Of a stretch of 64,000 nucleotides of DNA, positions 17,857-27,521 are shown in pieces; within the stretch, counting starts at the first letter, position 1, and each line of letters begins with the position of its first letter. A program made the translations under genes and the position numbers. Location: positions 1-64,000 of IMG/VR virus record IMGVR_UViG_3300043496_000175, one strand, 5' to 3'. The notes beneath the pieces are model-generated. The model did no database searches and had not been told where the DNA came from. It saw only the letters and a program-made list of their open reading frames with translations. This stretch comes from a virus.

Positions 17857-19781
17857 TCATCAAGATCGGTGCTCGGAGTTCTGATCCAGGTGGCCTCATC
17901 CGGTACCTTGCGGACACCCAAGACAGCTCCAGGAAGCCGGGTCGGAACCAGCACACGGACCCTTATGTAGTGACCGGTTCGCTGGGTTACACCGGCCCGA
18001 TGGACCCCGGGATGGTGGCTACGTTGTCCGGCGATCTTCGGGTTCCGACGTTGAAGTTTCCTGACACCTTTCCGAAAGGAAATCAGATCTGGCATGCCGC
18101 GATCGTTTTGCAGCCGGAGGAAGGAAAACTTGACTCGGAGACATGGGAGCGGCTGGCTCAGGATTACATGACGGAGATGGGATTGAACGGTGGCGGGCAG
18201 GTTCCGTTGCGGTGGTTCGCAGTCAACCATGGGGTGAACTCAGCAGGATCCGATCACGTCCACATCGCTGCCAACTTGATCCGGGAGAACGGCATCCAGG
18301 CCAAGGTGTGGATGGACATGCCGCGTTCCCAGAAGGTGGCCATGCTGCTTGAAGAGCGGTATGACCTGAAGGTGGTGGCGTCCAGGTACATGGGTGTTTC
18401 CGCTCGTGGGTATGGCATGAATGATCTCAAACGGGCAGTGAATACCGGCGGGAAGGAGCCACGCCGGATTGAGCTGGAACGCAAGGTCCGGGTAGCTGCG
18501 GTGGGGTCCACTTCGGAAGAGTCGTTCGTGCAGAACTTGGAACAGCAAGGGCTGCGGTTCCGGGGCCGGAAGGACCACAACGGCACACTGACGGGTTATT
18601 CGGTAAACCTGCCTGAGACCACAACGGCGAAGGGGAATGAGCACTGGTGGGCGGGTGGCAAGTTGGCGAGGGATTTGTCTCTGCCACGCCTGCGTCTGGG
18701 ATGGGAGGACAAGACCAGCAACACCCCCAGCCACATCAAAGCGGTGGACGAGCTGGTCTCATTGCAGCGGAGCCTGCCGACCGCTTCCTTTGATCAGGTC
18801 GTTGACGCCTCACACCAGATGGCCGGTGCGCTGGCGGCGGTCTCCCAGGCAACCGAGGACCCTCCGGGCGAATTGGCGAGAGCTTCACACCACGCCGGAA
18901 AGTTCGCTCAGACCCGCACCTATGTGCAGAAACCAAAGCCTCCGGCACTATCCATTGGACTGCTGTTCCTGCAGTGCATGGACCCCGCAGGACCGGTAGG
19001 GAAAACTGTGATGCTGAAGCAGCTCATGGCCACCTACCGTGCACTACTCGATGCCCAGTACGCCCAACGCGGACTGGTAACTGCTAAGGGAGGGATCCCT
19101 GGAATGAGTGAAGCACCCGAAGAGGAACTGGTTCAGATCGGCGTCACCGCCGGTGTGACCGCTGGAGCCATGGTGATGGAACGCCATGCTCGGACCAAGG
19201 AGGCCCGTGCCAAGAATGAGAGAAAAGCTCTAGAGCCGTGGGACGCCAAGGCGATCCGGAAGATGCGGGTCGAGAACGAGTGGCTCCAGGCCACGCAGCG
19301 GGCTGCGCACCGGCCCATTCCGGGGCGGATGACCCAGGCTCAGGCTGACCGGATTCAGGCGCTGGCCGATGAGTTCGAGATGCCCGCGATGGTGGTCGGG
19401 ATTGACCGCTACACCGAGAAGGAGGCTGCTGCCTACATCGAATCCCTGGAGGCGCACAGCACCGGTTACGTGCCGGAAAAGGTGGCGCTGCCGCAGACGG
19501 CTCTGCAGGAATCTGACGCGGTGGAAGCCTTCATGGCTGACCTGGAGGCCAAGCACGGAGACAAGATTCCCGAGCAGGCACAGCCCAGTGAGCCGTCCAC
19601 GGTGGTGCAGCGCAAGTGGCTCACCTCCGTGGCCGGACTCAGCCCGGAGGACGCGGAGAAGATGACCAAGGAAGGTGCCGCCGCGTTCCGCACGCAGATG
19701 GAACAGCGGAACGCGCTGGCGGTTGGTTTGACGCCGGTCCAGACTGCTAAGAACGGTCCCGGGAAGGGGCGTAGCCTGTAA
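17853..19781 (+). CDS. MOBP-family relaxase
   Basis: GLIRYL (catalytic Tyr), IWHAAIVL..E, W..LAQDYM..MG, RWFAVNHG...DHVHIAAN (HUH), GGKLARDLSLPRLR. Confidence 0.9.
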   Translation: MIIKIGARSSDPGGLIRYLADTQDSSRKPGRNQHTDPYVVTGSLGYTGPMDPGMVATLSGDLRVPTLKFPDTFPKGNQIWHAAIVLQPEEGKLDSETWERLAQDYMTEMGLNGGGQVPLRWFAVNHGVNSAGSDHVHIAANLIRENGIQAKVWMDMPRSQKVAMLLEERYDLKVVASRYMGVSARGYGMNDLKRAVNTGGKEPRRIELERKVRVAAVGSTSEESFVQNLEQQGLRFRGRKDHNGTLTGYSVNLPETTTAKGNEHWWAGGKLARDLSLPRLRLGWEDKTSNTPSHIKAVDELVSLQRSLPTASFDQVVDASHQMAGALAAVSQATEDPPGELARASHHAGKFAQTRTYVQKPKPPALSIGLLFLQCMDPAGPVGKTVMLKQLMATYRALLDAQYAQRGLVTAKGGIPGMSEAPEEELVQIGVTAGVTAGAMVMERHARTKEARAKNERKALEPWDAKAIRKMRVENEWLQATQRAAHRPIPGRMTQAQADRIQALADEFEMPAMVVGIDRYTEKEAAAYIESLEAHSTGYVPEKVALPQTALQESDAVEAFMADLEAKHGDKIPEQAQPSEPSTVVQRKWLTSVAGLSPEDAEKMTKEGAAAFRTQMEQRNALAVGLTPVQTAKNGPGKGRSL

Positions 19782-19793
19782 GTACGGGACATG

Positions 19794-19824
19794 GAAAAGC
19801 CCCCGCCTGCGGCGGGGGCTTTTC
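19794..19824. terminator. bidirectional intrinsic terminator
   Basis: GAAAAGCCCCCGCC-TGC-GGCGGGGGCTTTTC between relaxase and tra operon. Confidence 0.85.
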
Positions 19825-20183
19825 TATGCCTGGAATCGGCCGAGAGGAATAACTCCGCCAGGGTCATGGTGCCCGGTTCGCCACTCACATCCGGCGAAGG
19901 TTCCGCCTTCCACACATAGCCGGTCGAACAGCAGCGGGTAGGCGAAGTCCCGTTTCCACACCACCAGATCATCTGGGGAATGCCGCATCGAAGCCAGCTC
20001 CCAGGTTTGCCACAACAGCTTCACCGTGTCAGCGGCTTCCTCATGTTCCTGCCATTTCACGCACCAGATGAGCCTGGTCGGCCTGGCGAACAGCGGAGCG
20101 AGCCGTAGATCGAAGAACTCCACCTCGTTGGAGTAGAGGGGTTCCGGATCCTGCTCCGGCGTGATGGCAAGAGGGCCGGTCAT
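19824..20183 (-). CDS. DUF4913 family protein (actinobacterial conjugative elements)
   Basis: WCVKWQEHEEA..LWQTWE..W..D..G.FAGC. Confidence 0.8.
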   Translation of the reverse strand: MTGPLAITPEQDPEPLYSNEVEFFDLRLAPLFARPTRLIWCVKWQEHEEAADTVKLLWQTWELASMRHSPDDLVVWKRDFAYPLLFDRLCVEGGTFAGCEWRTGHHDPGGVIPLGRFQA

Positions 20184-21892
20184 GCTGGCTCAAACTCTTC
20201 AATGGATGCAGCCACCAGGGGCTCCATCTCCGGGCGTTTGAACCATGGCACGGTGTTCGCCAGGAACGGTCGGCCGCCGGAGAAATGCACCAGGCACTCG
20301 CCCAGCTCGAACGCGGCGATGTCATCAGGTTCCAGCACCGATTCCAGCCGCTGGGAGCTGGACCGGGAGTACCCGTTCTTGCCCTTGCTGGAGGAGGTGC
20401 TGTACTCCGTGACGTAGTGGCGGCCCACCAGATCACTGATCGATTTGAGGAATGTGGGATCGGCTTGACCAGACCCCACGATGCGAATGTTGGAGGCATC
20501 CCACATCTGCTGCATCCCATCCCGGGACCACACCCGGCACCCCTGGGACCAGTTCTGCAGGATCGCCCACGGGCAGATACCACGCGAGCCGTAGTGGGAG
20601 TACAGGTCCGGCAGGTCCTTCAACCGGCACACGTTGGCGACCTCGTCCAGGATCGCCATCAGCGGGATCGGGAGACGTCCGTGGGGGTTCTCGTCCGCGA
20701 ACTCCTCCGCAGCGTCGAGCACCCAGATGGTGAGCGCCGCCGTGAGTGGGCCAGTGGATCCGATGCCCTCTTTGGACAGCGCGATCATCGTGTCCCGCTC
20801 CGAGCGCACGAACTGTTCCGGGGAGAAGCACGGACGCTTATCCAAGATGTCTCTGGGCTCCAGCCACTCCCGGACCCGGGAATTGTTCAGGAACGACACC
20901 ATCTCCGAAGCGGTCCCGAACACACCGGCCCTCTGCTCGTCCGGGGCGAAGTACACACCTTCCAGGGCAGCCGCTGGGAGGACGTACCCGGCCTCCTCCA
21001 GGATCTTGATCGGCCGCTTGTCCCGGGAGTTGGTGAGCCACCGGAACACCTGGGAGATCGGCTGGTCGGAGATGGAGCAGGCCAGCAGTAGACCGGCCAG
21101 CAGGTTCGGTCCGGCGCTGTCGAAGTAGGCGTCCCGTTTGGCGTCGGTAGGGCCGGAGGCGTCCATCCAGATTTTCGCCAGCTTGGTGGCTCGGACTTCG
21201 TCGGTGACGTAGTCGTTGAGATTCAGCCACCAGTCCGGCGTGTTCTTTCCGGTGATCCGCTGTGGGTCGAATACCCACCTCTTTCCGGGGCGGGCACCAC
21301 GGATAGCGTCCGGCAGATCCCGCTTGTTGGTAGTGGCGAACACCACTCCAGGAGCGTTCATGATCATGGGTATGGCGAAGCCTGTGGTCTTGCCTGATTC
21401 CGGTCCCATAATGATGGTGCCGGTCTTGCGGAAGTCGGTGTACCGGTCTTTCTTCCCGGTCATGGTGCGGACCAGCATCACGCCCTTGACATCACCAGTG
21501 GTGAGCCGAGATGCGTCGGACCGTTTGGTGACCGATTCCAGGCTCAGTTCCTCCCCCTTACCGAGGTGGCGGGCCGCCTTACCGGCGTCGGTGAGTTTCG
21601 GTTTGCGCTTCCACAGGTACAGCGCCAGGCCCAGCACCAGAATCGTGAGCGTTCCTACCAGGACGGCGGCGGTCAAGTGCTCCCCCGTCCAAGGGATCCG
21701 TCCCTGCACAACACCGAGGATCTCCCCAGTAGCGACCGTGGGAGGGAACCCTGGGACCCAGTTGCCGGTACGCAGGAACGACGTCAATTCCGTCCAGCCG
21801 TACAGCACCAGCACTGCGCCTACGGCGGCCCCGACCAGGTAGATGTTTCCCTGGCCGGGAGCCGCCGGACGGTTCCTTGTCTTGCCGTTCAT
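20180..21892 (-). CDS. virD4: type IV coupling protein (VirD4/TraG-like)
   Basis: Two N-terminal TMs, Walker A MGPESGKTT, TTNKRD, FDPQ, Walker B ILDEVANV, LYSHYGSRGI..ILQNWSQ. Confidence 0.92.
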   Translation of the reverse strand: MNGKTRNRPAAPGQGNIYLVGAAVGAVLVLYGWTELTSFLRTGNWVPGFPPTVATGEILGVVQGRIPWTGEHLTAAVLVGTLTILVLGLALYLWKRKPKLTDAGKAARHLGKGEELSLESVTKRSDASRLTTGDVKGVMLVRTMTGKKDRYTDFRKTGTIIMGPESGKTTGFAIPMIMNAPGVVFATTNKRDLPDAIRGARPGKRWVFDPQRITGKNTPDWWLNLNDYVTDEVRATKLAKIWMDASGPTDAKRDAYFDSAGPNLLAGLLLACSISDQPISQVFRWLTNSRDKRPIKILEEAGYVLPAAALEGVYFAPDEQRAGVFGTASEMVSFLNNSRVREWLEPRDILDKRPCFSPEQFVRSERDTMIALSKEGIGSTGPLTAALTIWVLDAAEEFADENPHGRLPIPLMAILDEVANVCRLKDLPDLYSHYGSRGICPWAILQNWSQGCRVWSRDGMQQMWDASNIRIVGSGQADPTFLKSISDLVGRHYVTEYSTSSSKGKNGYSRSSSQRLESVLEPDDIAAFELGECLVHFSGGRPFLANTVPWFKRPEMEPLVAASIEEFEPA

Positions 21893-23352
21893 GCCGCCCA
21901 CCGCTTACTGGTCAGGTTGTACTTCTTCTCCATGTCCACCAGCTCGATGTCCACCGCGATACCAGGATGGTTCGCGATCTTGATCAAGCACTTGCCCCGG
22001 CCGGGCGGTGGCCGTTTCTTCTTCGTCTTCTGCGACAAAGTTGGGGGTGTGGTCCAGGAGTTGAGGGTTTCCTTCTCCACGTTCGAGAGCTTCACCGCAC
22101 CGGACAGCCGGGGCATCTGGGAAGCCGGGAGACCGAACGCCACCACCATTCCGCAGCGCTCCACGATGCCGACCGCTTTGGCGCGGTCCTCCTCGGTGGG
22201 CAAAGCGTTCAGGTCTTCCATGGCGTGGCTGGCGTAGGTCACCGCAACGCCCTTGTCACGGTTCAGACGGGTCAGGCCGTCCGCACGGTCCACCAACCCC
22301 ATTCCGGCCCGCAGCGCCCGCCACAGCTCGTCCAGGATGACGTGCACGTTCTGCTGTGGCTCCAGACCGCAGTCCGCGAGGAAGTTGCCGATCGAGATCT
22401 GCCCGAAGCCGATCCCCCAGCACAACATCAGGGCAGCGGCCTGCAGCTTCTGATCGGTGTCATCGATGGAGGACACGTTGAACGCCACATGCTCACCACG
22501 CCGCATCTGCGTGGTGGTCTGCCGGGAGAAGATCTCCCCAATCCCATGCCCCTGGGACAGGGATTCCAGGTCCGCTTCCAGCGTCTCGGTGATCTCCTGA
22601 TAACGCTCCAGCGACCCCCGTGCCACCGCGACCTTCAGCATCTCCGGCGTCGGGTTCTTCACCACCTTCAACAGGTCAGCCAGGATAGGCATCCGGCGGG
22701 TGAAACGGGTGTCCAGGATCCGCAGCGCCTCCGACAGGATCGAGGATTCCCGGGAGGACGGGGCGATGGCCCGGTGAATGGTCAGCAACGTCTCCAGGGC
22801 CGATTGACGGCGGCCTTTGGCTTCTGCCAGCAACTGTTCAGCATCTGGAAGAAACCCGGCGCTGCGCAACCGGGCGCAGGCCTCGTACACGTCGCCCATG
22901 TCCAGGACGTTGATGTACCCACGGCCACGGCCGACCATGATCACCTGCCCGCCGAGTGCCTTGATCAGCTCGGTGTACTCACCCTTGAGGTCCCCCAGGA
23001 CCAGTGACTTCACCCCGAACAGGTCCAGACCCATGATCCAGCGCTTGATCAGGGTGCTCTTGCCCAGAGCGGGCAGACCCAGGATGAATGCGGACGGCTG
23101 GGAGATCAGTTGAGCCCGCTCGAACCAGGACACCGGATCACAGCAGATGACAGCGCCCTTGGACTGCTTGCGTTTCACCCGCCCGATCGGGACACCGATG
23201 GTGGGGGCACTGGAGCCCAGCACGAACGGGAACAGCCCAGCGACCTCATTGCTGGTGCCCCGGTGAAACACCGGGTTCTGCAGGTACTTCCACGCACCGC
23301 CACCGGGCCCGCGCGCTCCCCGGCTGCTGCTCTTACTGCGCGGCCGGAACAT
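21889..23352 (-). CDS. virB4: VirB4-like conjugation ATPase
   Basis: Walker A GLPALGKST, LGDLKGEY, Walker B ILDELWRAL, TRLNR.KG. Confidence 0.88.
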   Translation of the reverse strand: MFRPRSKSSSRGARGPGGGAWKYLQNPVFHRGTSNEVAGLFPFVLGSSAPTIGVPIGRVKRKQSKGAVICCDPVSWFERAQLISQPSAFILGLPALGKSTLIKRWIMGLDLFGVKSLVLGDLKGEYTELIKALGGQVIMVGRGRGYINVLDMGDVYEACARLRSAGFLPDAEQLLAEAKGRRQSALETLLTIHRAIAPSSRESSILSEALRILDTRFTRRMPILADLLKVVKNPTPEMLKVAVARGSLERYQEITETLEADLESLSQGHGIGEIFSRQTTTQMRRGEHVAFNVSSIDDTDQKLQAAALMLCWGIGFGQISIGNFLADCGLEPQQNVHVILDELWRALRAGMGLVDRADGLTRLNRDKGVAVTYASHAMEDLNALPTEEDRAKAVGIVERCGMVVAFGLPASQMPRLSGAVKLSNVEKETLNSWTTPPTLSQKTKKKRPPPGRGKCLIKIANHPGIAVDIELVDMEKKYNLTSKRWAA

Positions 23353-23569
23353 TGCGGGCCTTCCGGGCCGGGCTCGAATCCTTGTGCATCGGGCAGAGGA
23401 ACTCCTTGCCGTTCGGGGTGCGGCTCCAGCCGTTCTGCAGGGCGGTGGCGATGACCGCGTCCAGCTCCCCGAAGTCGGCGTCCGACGTCTGAGCGCAGGT
23501 CGGCTGGAACAGGTTGTTGGTCTTCGCGGAGCAAGAGATCCAGTGGTACTGAGCGGTGTGCGTGGGCAT
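23333..23569 (-). CDS. small phage-type Zn-binding protein inside tra operon
   Basis: GAAGGA RBS; ISCS..C..NGW..FLCPMH. Confidence 0.6.
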   Translation of the reverse strand: MPTHTAQYHWISCSAKTNNLFQPTCAQTSDADFGELDAVIATALQNGWSRTPNGKEFLCPMHKDSSPARKARNVPAAQ

Positions 23570-23570
23570 G

Positions 23571-25103
23571 TCAGATTCCTTCGGAGAGAGCGGTCGGGAT
23601 GTTGAGGTGCTGGCTGGTAACAAGACCCAGAGGACCAATCCCCTGAGCGAACGCCGAATCCTGAGACCCGTTCATCGGGCGCAGGATCAGCCGGGCCGCC
23701 GGGCCCTGGTGTTCCACCACCGCACGGGCTTTGGCGATGTTCTCCTTGCCCTTCACGGTGGCGGTGAGCAGGATCGCGAAGTTCACCAGCGCGGCACCAT
23801 GAGCCTCGTGGTGCCGGGCGGAATCCGCTTCGGTGACCTGCCGGTCCTGCCGGGCGGTGGGTTTCTTCGAGTTCCGCATCCGGCTTTCAGCCGTCCGGTG
23901 GTCATGCTCAGCAATGGTGCCCGCCGCTGCAGGGTCGATCGGCTTGTACAGGAACGTCAGCCGGGACACCGCGACATCCGGAGATGGTTCCAGCACCGGA
24001 CGCAGCACCTTGGAGATCACCCGGCTGGAGATGAACCCCACCACCTCCCAGGTCATGGAAATGGCATCCGAGTGCTGGTAGTAGTCCCAGAACGCTTGCC
24101 CGCCAGAAGGACCGACGCTGTCCCACAAGGTCACCGGTGGTGGTTCACCCTTGGACGCCAGTTCGTCATAGGCCTTGCGGTCCTCCGGGTTGTAGGCGCA
24201 GCGCACGGCTTCGATGACGTCATCGGTGGACATCGGGACCACGGTGCCCGCACCGGTTTCCGGGAGGGTGTCCATCAACTGGGGCAGGCGGTCAGCGATC
24301 AGACGGCCGATGACCTGAGCAGGGTCCTGTCCTTTGATCTTCTTGCCGTGCTCATCGGTCTCCGGTTTCGGGGCCCGGAACGACAAAGTGACGTAAGCAC
24401 GGACAGCAGTGGAGCCCTGCGGGTAGTTCTCCATCACCTCGGCCGCCCATTCCTTGCTCAGGGAGGACGCCTTGGGAGAGGTGTTGTTGGTCAATTCCAG
24501 GGTCAGGCCGGGACCGGAGTCCTGGGTGGTCTCGATCGTCACCGCCGCCTGCATCAGGTACACGGACTCGAACGCCAAGTCCGCCAACCATTCTCCGTAC
24601 TTGGCTACCTGCGCCTCCAAGTCTTCCGGGTCCACCAGGGTGGATCCGTCGGGGTCGGCGGAGATGTTCACCACGAACAGCCGTTCCTTCGGGTATTGCA
24701 GAATCGTGAACGGCTGTCCGTTCTTGTCTTCCCAGGCCTCCAGCGTGGACTCGGACAGAACCCCGGGGAGCTTGTGGCTGCCGAAATGCGTGAGGGTGCC
24801 GGAGAAAAACAGATTCGACCCTTCCCGGCGGGATGCGGCGAAGCCCATCCGGGCACCGACCTTGTCCAGGATCGATTGCTGATTGCGGTCCTTCAGGACC
24901 AGCAGAATCAGCACGCCAGCACCGACCACCGCCACGATCATCGCAGTGACGATGCCTGCGGAGGGGACCAGCAGGATCACGATGAAGGACAGGATCACCG
25001 CCAGGATGGTCCCGACCGGGCCGAAGATCCAGAACCCCCAGCCTTTGGGTTGGTGATAGCCGCCATAGGTTTTGACTTTGGATTCGGCAACAGCAGAAGA
25101 CAT
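23571..25103 (-). CDS. SCO6880-family (PrgI/VirB3-like) conjugation membrane protein
   Basis: TYGGY..P.G, N-terminal TMs, AVRCAYNP, W..GP, YYQHSDA.S.TW, GSQDSAFA. Confidence 0.85.
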   Translation of the reverse strand: MSSAVAESKVKTYGGYHQPKGWGFWIFGPVGTILAVILSFIVILLVPSAGIVTAMIVAVVGAGVLILLVLKDRNQQSILDKVGARMGFAASRREGSNLFFSGTLTHFGSHKLPGVLSESTLEAWEDKNGQPFTILQYPKERLFVVNISADPDGSTLVDPEDLEAQVAKYGEWLADLAFESVYLMQAAVTIETTQDSGPGLTLELTNNTSPKASSLSKEWAAEVMENYPQGSTAVRAYVTLSFRAPKPETDEHGKKIKGQDPAQVIGRLIADRLPQLMDTLPETGAGTVVPMSTDDVIEAVRCAYNPEDRKAYDELASKGEPPPVTLWDSVGPSGGQAFWDYYQHSDAISMTWEVVGFISSRVISKVLRPVLEPSPDVAVSRLTFLYKPIDPAAAGTIAEHDHRTAESRMRNSKKPTARQDRQVTEADSARHHEAHGAALVNFAILLTATVKGKENIAKARAVVEHQGPAARLILRPMNGSQDSAFAQGIGPLGLVTSQHLNIPTALSEGI

Positions 25104-25126
25104 CGGTACTCCTTGCTCGGAACGGG

Positions 25127-26098
25127 TTACTTACGGATTCCGGCCATGACGACCATCGGAGCGGCGCTGGTGACCATGCCGCCAGGCCCGCTGCCTCCGG
25201 AGGCGGGAGCGGTGGCCGGTGCGGTGAGACGCATGGTGGCGGGCAGCGCCAGTACAGCCATCGCGAGGATGGTGATCCCGTAAATGATCTGCAGCAGGCC
25301 ATTGCCAGCGGCGGAGGTGTCGGTCCCGAGGAACCGGAACCCCACGCCGTAGATGGCGGCGGCGATCATCTTGTAGAGGATCAGACCTGCGATCCAGCCA
25401 ATTTGCGTCTTGAACGCCTGTTTGCCACTTTCGGTGCCGGAGGATGCTGCGCCGAACACCAGCAGACCAGTGATGATGAACAGCGCGCCGCTGCGGCCCA
25501 TCATGAGGACCACCTGGAAACAGGCGACCAGCATCCCGATGAACAGCAGTATGAAGATCAAGATCCCGGAGGTGATTCCGGCGGCGTTGTCGAACAGGGA
25601 GAAGAAGTTGTCAGCGAAACTCGTTCCCTCCGTGCTCTTCTCCAGGATGGTGTTGGCGATGTAGTTGGTGACCAGCAGCCCGAACGCGATGGTCGGGACA
25701 GCCAGGGCCACGGTTGCCATGTAGGTGAAGACCATGGACGCGACCAGTTTGACCGGGCCGTTGTTCATTTCGATCATCATGCGGATGACCTGGATCGCCA
25801 TGATGAAGCACATCACCACCGCGCCGATCCAGAGGAGCTGGTTCTGCAGGAACGTGATGACGTCCGCTGTGACACCGTTCTGGTCTACGACAGCAGGATC
25901 AGGAACGTCCTGCCAGAAGGTGAACATCGTCTTGGTGGAGTCAGCGACGCCTCGTTTGGCGTCCTGCACCCATGGTTCGATGACCGAGTTCTCGATGACC
26001 TGCGTGGCGATGCTGTCCGGTTCTTCGCAGCCGGGCATCGTCCACGACGAGAACCAGCCGGTGTCTTCCCCACAGTTGATGGAATCTCCGGGAGCCAT
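25127..26098 (-). CDS. VirB6/TrbL-like polytopic membrane protein
   Basis: About six TMs, LILYK..AA.IY motif, Gly-rich tail; position in tra operon. Confidence 0.8.
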   Translation of the reverse strand: MAPGDSINCGEDTGWFSSWTMPGCEEPDSIATQVIENSVIEPWVQDAKRGVADSTKTMFTFWQDVPDPAVVDQNGVTADVITFLQNQLLWIGAVVMCFIMAIQVIRMMIEMNNGPVKLVASMVFTYMATVALAVPTIAFGLLVTNYIANTILEKSTEGTSFADNFFSLFDNAAGITSGILIFILLFIGMLVACFQVVLMMGRSGALFIITGLLVFGAASSGTESGKQAFKTQIGWIAGLILYKMIAAAIYGVGFRFLGTDTSAAGNGLLQIIYGITILAMAVLALPATMRLTAPATAPASGGSGPGGMVTSAAPMVVMAGIRK

Positions 26099-26919
26099 CA
26101 GGCTGCCCCTCCCCATGGAATGTATGTGCGGTCAGTTGAGTTGTTGACCACCTGATCGGACTTGCTCGGGATCACCATGCGCCAGTCGTTGTCCTCCCAG
26201 GACACGGTGTAGGTCAGGGCGGTGTTGCGTCCGGCGTCCGCCCCGGTGACCAAGGTGTACTGCATCTCGATGCTGGCCAGGGATGCCGAGTAGGAGTTCC
26301 AGCGGTAACCGGAGATCCTGACGGTGGGACGGTTTTCGACCGTCACACCGGTGGCTTCCATCAGGAAGGCGTCGTAGTTGCCTGTGTGCGAGGCGCGGGC
26401 GGTGATGAAGTCCGTTGCCTGCCCGGCGGCGGTGGCTGTCAGGATGCCAGTAGCAAAAGATGCTGTGGCATAGAGCGCACCTTCTGGTGTCCTGGAAAAG
26501 CAAGCCGGGTAAGGGGTTTCAAGGTCCGGACCGGCGGTGGCAGACGTCGGCCGGACCATGTCCCCATCCCTGACCCACACCGTCTCATAGGTGGCGTTGA
26601 CCACCTGTTCTGGTGTGACCTCTTCGGCCTTTTGTTCCTTGCACAGGGAAGGTTCTGCTGCTTCCGGAGCTGCAGAAGTCCCGAGAGTGGCGGACGCCGA
26701 GGGTTTTGCTGCAGCCGGAACCGCTGTGGGTTCCGGTGCAGACGGCGACAGGAAGTACATCGCCAGCAGCGCGATCAGCAGGACACCGATGAAGGTGGCC
26801 GAGATGACTTTGCTCTTCTGACTGACACCCTGCGGTGCCAGCCACCAGCGTGCGGTTCTGGTAGCTCTGTTGTTCTGTGCCACCGCGTTGTAATCAGTGA
26901 CACGGCGGCCCTTGCCCAT
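26098..26919 (-). CDS. VirB8-like bitopic conjugation protein
   Basis: Single TM, Pro/Ala linker, CFSRTPEGAL..ISGYR..VSWEDNDWR (NTF2-like C-terminus). Confidence 0.7.
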   Translation of the reverse strand: MGKGRRVTDYNAVAQNNRATRTARWWLAPQGVSQKSKVISATFIGVLLIALLAMYFLSPSAPEPTAVPAAAKPSASATLGTSAAPEAAEPSLCKEQKAEEVTPEQVVNATYETVWVRDGDMVRPTSATAGPDLETPYPACFSRTPEGALYATASFATGILTATAAGQATDFITARASHTGNYDAFLMEATGVTVENRPTVRISGYRWNSYSASLASIEMQYTLVTGADAGRNTALTYTVSWEDNDWRMVIPSKSDQVVNNSTDRTYIPWGGAA

Positions 26920-27209
26920 CAGGTACCGGTGACGGTTCCGACGAACCCGACGATGACGCCGAAGCCGAGGATCGCGCCGATGATCTTGGCGGCGTGGCCG
27001 ACCGCTTCGTTGCTGCCTCCGGAGCGTTCGTTCTTGAACGCCAGGAAGACGCAGCCTGCGAGCGCGAAGCAGGCAACCGCCGCGACGATCCAGCCGACGT
27101 TGCCCCAGATGGCACCTGTGGTGGTTTTGATCCCTTCGCTGGGGGCGGTCGGGTTGCCCGGGTCGAAAGGAACCGCCGCGAGGCTGTCGTAGTAGAGCTT
27201 GGTGAGCAT
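26919..27209 (-). CDS. VirB2/pilin-like two-TM protein
   Basis: First gene of tra operon; P..P..two hydrophobic helices; AGGAG RBS. Confidence 0.65.
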   Translation of the reverse strand: MLTKLYYDSLAAVPFDPGNPTAPSEGIKTTTGAIWGNVGWIVAAVACFALAGCVFLAFKNERSGGSNEAVGHAAKIIGAILGFGVIVGFVGTVTGT

Positions 27210-27250
27210 GGTGTCTCCTACTCGGTGGGTGGAACTTGTTGACGGAGCGA

Positions 27251-27280
27251 AGCATAGCCACATTGGCCAGATGGGTGCAA
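27251..27280 (-). promoter_or_regulatory. tra operon promoter TTGCAC-N18-TATGCT
   Basis: Divergent intergenic region upstream of pilin-like gene. Confidence 0.55.
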
Positions 27281-27298
27281 GTAGTGCATCATTTACCA

Positions 27299-27499
27299 AT
27301 GCACCCTGATGAACTCCTGCGGGATTGCCCGCCCAAACTCAGCATTGTTGATCTTGCTGCGCTGTTGGGCGTCCGCCGAAGAACGGTCAATAACTGGCTC
27401 AAGCGGAAGGAGAACCCGTTGCCCGGCATCAAGTTTCCCGGTGGATGGGTGATAGACACCGAAGAACTGAGGGCCTGGCTGCTCTCGCTCCACAACTAG
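27299..27499 (+). CDS. excisionase-like/MerR-type HTH (HTH_17) protein
   Basis: LSIVDLAALLGVRRRTVNNWLK..LPGIKFPGGWVIDTEELRAWL. Confidence 0.8.
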   Translation: MHPDELLRDCPPKLSIVDLAALLGVRRRTVNNWLKRKENPLPGIKFPGGWVIDTEELRAWLLSLHN

Positions 27500-27521
27500 C
27501 CTCACCGAGCAGGGGGAACCA

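Noticed and set aside
23556-25283. Long opposite-strand ORFs (575 aa here, also 38268-39983, 45834-47642, 13110-14315)
   Set aside because: Antisense shadows of real high-GC genes, with no RBS or recognisable motifs.
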